DNA of 64,000 nucleotides from Lingula anatina (Eukaryota; Animalia; Brachiopoda), in NCBI GenBank assembly GCA_051362555.1, contig CM120643.1, forward strand, positions 25,362,848-25,426,847, read 5' to 3'. The notes below the pieces were generated by a model, which was not told where the DNA came from, ran no database searches, and was given only the letters and a program-made list of their open reading frames with translations. The first letter of the stretch is position 1. The number at the start of each line of letters is the position of its first letter. This document shows positions 54,961 to 64,000 of the stretch, in pieces. A program made the position numbers and the translations under genes.

Positions 54961-57206
54961 TTAAAGCGAATCAGTTGAGCTGTAGCTCCTCATGGCACGC
55001 TTATGAAATGATATTGGAACGGAATTCAATCTCTTGTCATTCTCTGTATTATGAAAGGAACTTTGTATTTTTGTAACGATGGTACGCAACAACATCGCGA
55101 TAGCTCTGTATCCGCGCGCAAACATACATTTCACTTCGTCGCGGTACGGTTTAGCACTGATGCAGTACAGAAAAAAATTCGACGCGTGATTCAAGTAAAA
55201 GAGAAGCATAACGATTGTATAGATGGTAGAATTTCTAACCAGTTCATCGGGAGTGCAAGCGTGGTAGACGTCAATTATTCCCGCCTGCATAAAATTAAAC
55301 CCCGTTGTCATAACCCAATACGAAAGAGTCACGAGTATTAACATTTTCGTAATTTCTTTATCACTGTCTTCGTCGTATCCCGAGCATTCAACAGATAAGT
55401 CTGGAATGGGAATAATCGGCCTGCATTCTTGATTGCTACGTCGCCGCCGTTCCTTCCATATTTCGTATAGTAACCATCCGTTGATGACAGGCAACCCGAC
55501 AAATGGCAAGATCCAGTAAACTGATAGAGCCACCCATCTATAGGCATTGTAGAAGGCAAATGCACTCACATTGCCTGAAAATGACATCGGTGATCATGTC
55601 ACAATTGACATTTTATTATCGCGCAATCATATATAGGCCCTATATGTGTGACAAACGATAGGGAAACCTTGACCGCACGATCTTCACAGTACATAATACC
55701 CCCGTCACACTAGAGGCAGAATGAACTAGAATGCCGTCGGAAAGACAATTCTTTGTGCATTCCTGGATATTCAAAGAGCATTCTAAAAATTCCGAGTGCA
55801 TCTCAAATAGTTTTACAGAATGTTTCGAATGTGAAATATTAATTTTGCCAGCAATCGAACTACACTAGTACGCCATTCAAAGTATATTCTAAATATTCTT
55901 ACTGCCTTCTGACAGCATTATAGATATTCCTAGTTTTCCAACTACATTCGAACTGCATTTGAGAGCTAAAACTGTCGAAAGTGCACCCATGATTCCAGGT
56001 GAATTCAAGCGCATTCTGAGTATTCCAACGGTACTCTTACAATAATTAAGGTCAATTAAATTTTTTCCCGAATGTGGTGCGAATTTCTAAAATTCTTCAT
56101 TCAGCCTCATTCTTCTTGATTCCTGCTGATTCCAATTAAGTGTGACGGGGGTATAACATTACAGTGGATGGAGGCGATCCTTTCATGATGGCTTATAAAT
56201 TAACCCTCTCCTCTACAAAATTCATGTTGATTAAGAACAGAAGTTCAACTAAACATGAAAATTGGAATCTACATTTTTAAGGGTAATTGGAATATGTGGC
56301 ATTATGCAATCAATTTAACAGATTTTCAAGCCTCCTTCTGGCCTTAAATAGAATACAGAGAAGCTTGTGACTATACTTACTACAGTCGCTGCCATTTCCA
56401 TTTTTGCAGTTTTCCTCGTGGAGTTGTAATACACCTGTGCCCTCATGATATATATTCCAACAAACATTTTTGCAACATTCTTTAAAAAATATGTTGGAGA
56501 AAAAGATGTAGAGGTTCAGGAAAACCATGACCAAAACAATAGCTACAATGTACATACGGGTTCTTCTTATAGAGAACCATCTTTCGTGAGCTGAAGTGTT
56601 CAAGTTTCTCATAAGTCGCTCGGCGCTCATTAGAGTCAACGTGATCGCACTGATTTCTGGTGCACAGTATATTGTAAATACGGAGATCTTGCACAGAGCG
56701 AAATGTCTTGTTATCACTGGTACGAGGAGCTCGTATTCAATCCAGTATAAAAATCCGTTCAATATAGTTAAAATGTCAAACACTGCTATTGCAATCATGA
56801 ACTGACAGGTCGCAACTTGGCGGAGCGTTTTTAAGGAGAAAACACAAATAGACAAGATATTACAAATCAGTCCAATACAATAAATGAGCGGCCGACCGAT
56901 GAAAAGCACATAGTCCGAGTAAGCGGCATCGGTTCTATTTAAGTAGTGTGTACGAATCCTAGCACTTGTAGCAGATGCATTTGTCCAATAATACACACAT
57001 TTAAGATAGTCCTCGGGTTTGGGGGTGCAATTTCCCCAGTCAGGGTCGGGTAATGCTTTATCACGAGGCAACGTGCAATACGTCACATCATTCGCCTCTT
57101 CCCAGTAAACAGCTGATTCAACATTCCCGTGCCATGATAAGCACAGTAGAAGTGTTATCGTTATCAGACATTGTTTTCTTATCGACGTCCAAAATACTGT
57201 TATCAT
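54961..57206 (-). CDS. Rhodopsin-family orphan GPCR, copy D, ~479 aa
   Basis: Exons 57206-56381 and 55574-54961, same structure and motifs. Acceptor AG abuts the ATG; 5' UTR exon donor at 57444. Confidence 0.92.
55697..56153. mobile_element. PIF/Harbinger-like element, shorter inverted relative of 44169-44853
   Basis: TAA|TACCCCCGTCACACT...AGTGTGACGGGGGTA|TAA. Interior aligns to the reverse complement of the 44 kb element with an internal deletion. Confidence 0.85.
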
Positions 57207-58693
57207 CTAAAATAAATTTGTTGACGTTTATATGATATAACCAATTTTAAATGAATTTGAAGTATCGCTTCAGTGTTTGTGGTTAAATTGAATAAAAAGT
57301 TTCATTTCAAAATTTAAAAAGCGTACAGGTTTTGTTTTGTGGGTGGTCATGCGCATTCGTTCAAAGTTAAATTCAATTAAATTTTATATCGGAAAAGTAA
57401 AATAATGAAAAGCATAACACTGAAAACGTTTTCAATCGTCTTACCGGTGAAATTGGCCTGGCGAAATATGTAAATCCTCACGGAACGGTGTTATAATGTG
57501 AGTGATAGCCAGGGAGTCGCTCGCAGTCGAAGACGTAATATTTTTAATCTCTCAGGGTCGGTCTCTCAGGGTCGAATTCAGAATGATAGATTGATTAGTT
57601 GCGGTTCATTATATAGCTACACGTGATCTGTACGTGTGTTCACCTCATGTCCTCCCAGTATCAAGTCACGTACAGCTGCAGACCTTTCGCTTTCATCTGT
57701 TTATCATAGCGACCAAGGATATAAATTATGAATGACTTTATCTGTTTACGTGATGCCTTTCCCTCCTCATAAACGCTACATCTGCAGCTGTTGATAAAGC
57801 ACAGTCAGCGACAAAGATAGGCTAAAACGATCTGAAGGACTATCTCAACTGCACTCGAGGTTTCTGAAAATTCGAGCGTGTTTAAAGTGGATTTATTTAT
57901 AATTTATAACTTTTTTCATTTCCTATCTGTTATTAATAGAAATAGGAGGCATTTTTCTTTTTCCTATTTGTTCACTTCTGGTCTAAACTAACCTTATCTA
58001 TAGAAAAAGCAAGGATTTTTTTTAATTCAAATTAAAGGGATATCAAACAGAGAGTTTTTCTTTAATAAACACAAGCAAAATTATGTAGGCTAGTTTCTTG
58101 TTTTTTTCGCTTGCATTAAAATTGGGTGGCTCTTTCATTGTAACAGGTAGGTCTTATACATTTATTGTAATCATTTAAACTTTAACAAAGCTTTGCCACA
58201 GCGTTCATTTTATGTAGAAATTCGCTTACCTAACCTAAGAACTAGTAAATCGTGCGTGAAAATAGATGAGTAGGCCTATCGATCGTCTCTCCAAATTAAA
58301 CAATTATGACAGATTTGATGAAAAAAAAGAAAAAAAGTCTATTTTCTAGGCCCTATCTCCCATTGCATAATAACATCGATTGCTCTATGTTTAAGCAAGG
58401 AGGATAAGAGTAGTTTTCAGGCTACACAGAACCAGAATTTATTTCTCTAAAAGGAGTGGCGAGGGGGGGGGGGGGGATGCTGTAGTTGAGACCACAGTAG
58501 ACCTTGACCTTGAAATCTCGTGTCACATCTTGCGCACAACTATGCGCAGTGTACCCAAAATCGACCAACATGGAGGAAAAGTAGGCAGTTCCTCCCCGCT
58601 GTAAAGAAATTTATCGTGATACTAAGAAGCTCATACGAACAAACTGATATTGAAAGCAGGAAAACCCATGTTGTATGTACTTAGACACTAAAG

Positions 58694-61600
58694 ATGGCCC
58701 AGTGCAAGCAGACGGCTGAGGAATTCATCACCAATGCCTTCAGTCCGATGGTGGCTGTACTGTGCAGCGCTGATGCAGAGAAATTGTGCCAGAAAAATAA
58801 TCTTTCCTTCGTTCAGTTAATTCAGCCTTTTTGCAGATTGAGCACAGAAGGTATGGCATTAAAATAAAAACCTGCTTGAAGCCCTACCACCATTTGTATT
58901 TTGCATAGTGTCTCCATAGATTTGTGCAATTGGACTGTTTTGATCCCCATGAAATTTGTTTTGATTTTGTAGTCTACTTGGATCATTAACAGTAAATAAT
59001 TTTTTTAAATGATATTAGGTATCAGTTTAAAATATTTAGATGTAGACCTGAAGTCCTTCATATCTAATAATGTCATTTATTTTGAGTATAATCGACTTAC
59101 AGAAAAACCTATTTAGTTAATAATTAAATAACTTACAAAAAAGAAGAACGCGATATGTCGTCACTTTCGAATCTTGGATATTCTTAAAAGAAAACAAAAT
59201 AAGGGTTCGTAATTTTGAATGTGAAGAAAACATTTGACCAAATTAGTACTTGTTTTGTTCTTTACTTTAGCTCATATCCGTGACCCCGGTGGCATTCCCC
59301 ATGTTGTGAAGAGCCTCCGTATCATTGTTAAGGACATGCAGCAGTCTCTGTACCAGCCCACCATGGCAAAGAGGCTCATGAACGAAACCGTGTCCGGAGC
59401 CTGCCCAAGTAACATGGACAACACCAAGGGGACAGTGCTAACTGTGGGAGACTATGATCTCCAGATTAGCTGTAAGTTTTATCTGACTGAATAGATGAAG
59501 ATAGTACATGATCTATCTGTTTTAAGTGATGGCATCGAGAATGTTTTATATGGTATATTTTATTTGTATTAAATCAGAATTGTGCTGTTTTTTCATGTTT
59601 CATGTGTCACATTTTATGTTGATGGTATCATAGTATTCAATGAACTACTATTTAAAATAAGTGGTCGTATAGTGTAACAATGATTTGAAAGATCCAAATA
59701 AAGTTCTAAAAAGACATGATATTCAGGCATAAGCTAAAATGTAAAACCTAACAAGGTAGAAAATCCTGTAATGTATATATTAATTGCCTTCTCTTCAAAG
59801 CCACCACCCCATGGTTTGAGGTGTATCGGGACTGTTTCCTAGAAGTGGCCTATCCATCAGACCATGAGTTCCTCAAGCACTTCCTGTCTTGTATCCTTGA
59901 ACAGATTGAACCATATTCAAGGGTTATGATTTAAGAAATGGAGATCCTGTTTTTTATTTGCTCAGAGTGATTATTTTCATGACCATATAAAAAAGGACTG
60001 ACTGCACTGAGAATATAATACAAAATGTAAAGAAATTTTGAAAGATTATCTCATTATTATTTATTTATTTTTGTCAGTAACCAGAAATTTGAAGCACCTT
60101 TCCTACTTTTAGAGATAGTAAGAATAAAGTAACTTTTTCTTCAATCAACAGCTGATTATTAATATAGTTAACCTCCCATATTTCAATGTCTAATGTAGCA
60201 TCTGCATTAGGGAACGAGGCCATCCAGGTTCTCTGACTTATTGGCAGTAGTTATTTTCCTGAACTGTTCCCCCAGGTATGTTCATCGTATCCTCCTCCAA
60301 CCCAGACCCCATGGACCAGTTTGCCAAGCTGTCACAACAACAGCATCAGCAGCAGCACCAGTCACCCACCAAGCCACCCAAGTGGTTCTCACCTAACACA
60401 TTCAAGTACTTTGTCTTGGTGCATGATGTGGCTGAAGGAGAGGAATCCAAGTAAGTACGAACAGGGCGCAGGTGGTACAATGAACTGATGAATATTGTAC
60501 ACTGAACAGGTAGCCTGTGTTGGTGCTTTTTTTCGTTGATGCAAGGGTTTTAACTGGCCAACTCAACGCATATGCTGTAGTCTTTCTTTCAGCATAAAAT
60601 GATTTATTAACTTTTTTATCCTGGGCCAAAAAAAAAAAAAATAATAATAGTCTAAGATTAACAATATCTGTAACCATAACAATAATATAGAAATTCAAAT
60701 TATAAAAAGAAAAAAGTTTTACGTCCTGACTTATAGAATATGAACTCTTCCCCAGCCTAAAGAGTACTTGCAGCAACACCTTGGGTCTGCTCTAGCAGTT
60801 TATTAGATGCAGGAAAGTGGACAAAGTTGTGCCTTTCTAATATGGCCCAGACTTATCAAGGAATGGCCTATTAATAATCATATATCTGCACTCTGACAAA
60901 GTGCAACTTTGAAAACGCTGGAGATTACTGCTGGCAAATATTTCAGCTTTTGATATCAATTTTACTATTTGTTTTGTTTTAACTACATATATTTTTTAAA
61001 AAAGTTAGATTATGATAACTTGCTTTCAAAATCTGTAGGGGTAAGGTTAAGCCTCAATATGAACTCTAGGGTACATAGGTAACATGAATAAATCTGGCCG
61101 TATATTCCAGAAATGTCTACAGCCCAAGGATGGTGCAGTGAGTATGACCCTTATGTAACATGTCACTGCCACAACTTGCTTTCTGTGTAGCAAGAATTCT
61201 CATTTTTCATATGTCACTCAACTAAATCATATACCAATATGCACTTGCCTTGAATAATACTGTTTAAAAAAAAGACCTAATGAAATCAGTTCCTTTTTTG
61301 CTGTTTTGTGTTTTGCTTTTAGTTTAATAGCTGTTTGAACTAAACTAAACTAAATCTCTCAGTTTGAGTAACTGAAGCTTTGATTTGCAGTTAGAGAAAG
61401 CTAACCTTCTATGAAAAATCTCAATCGATTCATTTTGTCATTGACTTCTTTTTGGAAATGCAATTGTGTATATGTTGAGACATTCTGAAAGTAGTGCTAG
61501 GCAAATCCATGCTTTTGTATAAGAAGAAGAAAGTATTGCTTATGCAGTAAAGTAAATCTAAAACTTATATTTTATGGAACTCTATTGCATACACAGTCAT

Positions 61601-63946
61601 TAAACTTTTAACTCAGTAAAATGTTTTATTTCTAAAAAAAATTCACATTTTCCCAATCATTCACTTGTATTTAAATGTGTAGAATTGCCCTTTCAAAGTA
61701 ATGTCTTATGTATTTATAATTTATTTGTTTATCCATCTAATTAAATTTTAATTATTTATCTATTTATTTATTTTGTAATAAATAGTGATATAGTTTTCTA
61801 TATATTGAATATATCAATATAAGCAGGTGAAGGCAGATGATCCTGTAGAATATGTAATTGACCTGGGAAGTCCTCTCTCTCTAGTGGCTGTGCTAGTTGG
61901 TGTCTGGCAAAGGGATTTTCTCTTATTGTCAATATATTAAGTAATGTAACCTTGTAACAATGAGATGAGAGAAAAGTTTCATTGCGATTTTTTGTAAGAG
62001 AAAGTGTTTGAAAGTTATGCAGGTAGGGGGCTAAAGCAATATTATATATGTTTTTTTAATTGTGGATAAAGCGAAATGTCTGCACCTTTGAAATCTTCCA
62101 CTATCACAAGACCATTTAATTTTTGCAGATTTTGTGAAATCAGATATGATTTATGCTGCATGCATTGATGGATTTTGTGTGGGATTTTGGCACAAAAACA
62201 ATCCACAAAGTTTCCTGGGGTCCAAAAGAAGTTTTAAGACTTATCTGAAGTATTAAGACTAAAATCATATTATAAAAAAGGAACTAAGGAGAAATCTACT
62301 AGGAAAAGAAAGTTAACCTGTTTACTGCTAATGAAACACTTTTGAAATCAATTTCATAAGGATAAAGAAATGATATAAGATGTGTAATGCACAGAGATGT
62401 ACAGCACATGTACATCAGTCATAGTTTTATCTGTATGTAGATGTTGTTCAGTATGTTATCAGGTTTAATTCTGTATTTTTAATTAACAAACACGATAAAA
62501 ACTTGAAAATATAGTTGGTCTTGAAATTTTTGTCAGAAGATGATTCCCTGCAGAAGAAAATCTTTTGAAAATTTCATCACACTTGAAAAAGAGACTCTTG
62601 ATAATTTTGAAAAGTTTGTCTCCAAATATCGCCATGTCTGATTCCAACATTTAAAGAAATTCGTTAATTTTTAAGTCAGGAAATTTTCAAGTTTTTACCC
62701 TATTTTGCCACTTCAGGGCTGATGCAGTGTATCAAAGCATGAAGTCCATGTATGGGGCAGGGAGCTGCCACCTGCTGCAGATCAACTCCAGGTCCGTCAG
62801 CAGCAAGGAGAACCTGAACAATGAACCTGATCCGTGGAGCCAGTTTATGCCAAAGAATGATTCGGTAAATGGACAGTTAATATTTTCATGCGTGCATCTC
62901 ACGTAATATTGATTACAGACCCTCCCAAGGCATTAGAACGTTTTAAGAAGTCAATGGTTAATGGATATTTTCCTAATTTTAGAAGTGTTCTCTAGTAAAT
63001 AAAACCTGCTGTGACATGTAAGAAACTTCTAGAAAAATGATAAAATGCTTTACTTTGAAAAAGGCCTCGTCTTGAGCAATTTAGCCAAGTTGGCTTTGGC
63101 TCATTTGTTATTGAACACATGCTTCAGTGTGTTTTTGGAATAAAAAGACTGAAGAAGACAGTATCCACCCATTAATTGTATTACTATACTGTTGTATGTT
63201 ATAGGAGTCATTGGATATGGAAGCCAGCCTGTTCAGCAAGAATGACTCCAGTTTTCCCTCCAGGGTCACAGAAGGTGAGGGAACACTGCGCATGGAGACT
63301 GTCATAGAAGATGCTACAGAGGTCAAAGAAGGTACCAATCATAAAGATTACTGCTCATGTTTTGTACAAGCAGCATCAAACACCCTCTCTTTAGATAACT
63401 ATGACTGTTAATGCCATGGGCACTGTTTGCTGAATACACTTCTTGGCAATATCAGTCACTAAAATATACCATATTTTGTCAGTTTTTATCATGTTTTAAA
63501 GATTTGCCTGTTGTGGATATGATGTTTAAAAAAAAAAATTCTGTCACACCTTGCCTTTTTACCGCTGGCTCAATCGCCATTTTGTTTTTGCTGCCTTTTC
63601 AGAACCCAGCATGCAGAAGAGTGCCTCTGCCCCAGTGATGTCACACCCTCTAGATGACAACACGGTAGATGGTGGCTGGAGTGAAACGGCTGACAGAGGG
63701 CAGCAGCAGCAGCAAGACAGCACAGATGGCACCCCTGCAGACCCCTCTGCTCAATCTAAAGGCATTCCCAATCAAACACAAGCTAAAGCTCGGCCAGTAG
63801 TCAATGGCGATCTTGCTGCGTCTAGTCAGCATGGACTCTGTCTGACACCAAGCGACCATGACAGGCTGAAGATATTCATTCACGAGTTTTTGGTTCGAGG
63901 GCTGATACCATGGGCTGAGAGGATGATCAGGACTCTAAATGACCAG
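58694..63946 (+). CDS. TRAPPC8: Trafficking protein particle complex subunit 8, first 7 coding exons, continues past the window
   Basis: Exons 58694-58850, 59271-59471, 59801-59890, 60276-60450, 62717-62864, 63205-63331, 63603-63946 with consistent phases. MAQCKQTAEEFI..AFSPMVAVLCS, TPWFE.YR, DHEFL.HFL.CM, PKWF.PNT.KY.VL.HDV, HLLQINS, PDPWSQF and HG.CLT.SDHDRL..FI.EF..RGL.P match TRAPPC8/Trs85. Confidence 0.95.
59891..60275 (+). other. U12-type (minor spliceosome) GT-AG intron in TRAPPC8
   Basis: Donor GTATCCTTG. Branch-like TTCCTGAAC at 60256-60264, 11 nt before the intron end. Splicing restores the conserved HFLS/CMFIVSS frame. Confidence 0.85.
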
Positions 63947-64000
63947 GTAAACTGTAGATTATTTCTTCATGCTGGAAATGGTTAATTAGTGTGGTGACAA

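Noticed and set aside
61827-61940. Exon-like GC-richer patch in TRAPPC8 intron 4 (possible poison exon)
   Set aside because: Weak acceptor without a pyrimidine tract; the flanking exons already join in frame and nothing further supports it.

Overview
This is an AT-rich, intron-containing animal genomic window, most likely from a marine invertebrate. The taxon is an inference from the rho-class GSTs, the peptide-type GPCR expansion and the MITE families. Splice-aware reading gives 11 protein-coding genes: an SLC43A3-like transporter (-), TIMM21 (+), SLC66A2/PQLC1 (+, with a candidate cassette exon), three tandem rho-class glutathione S-transferases (-), four tandem rhodopsin-family orphan GPCRs (-, plus relics of two more), and the 5' part of TRAPPC8 (+, with a U12-type intron). 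The 22-58 kb interval is a duplicated, transposon-rich block between single-copy housekeeping genes. The most striking signal is in the GPCR array. Each gene is split into a TM1-4 exon and a TM5-7 exon, and the four genes carry all four combinations of two N-half types and two C-half types. Other highlights are a near-perfect 935-bp foldback element in a GST promoter and divergence concentrated in the GST substrate-site exon. All coordinates and alignments were read by eye; no database searches were run.
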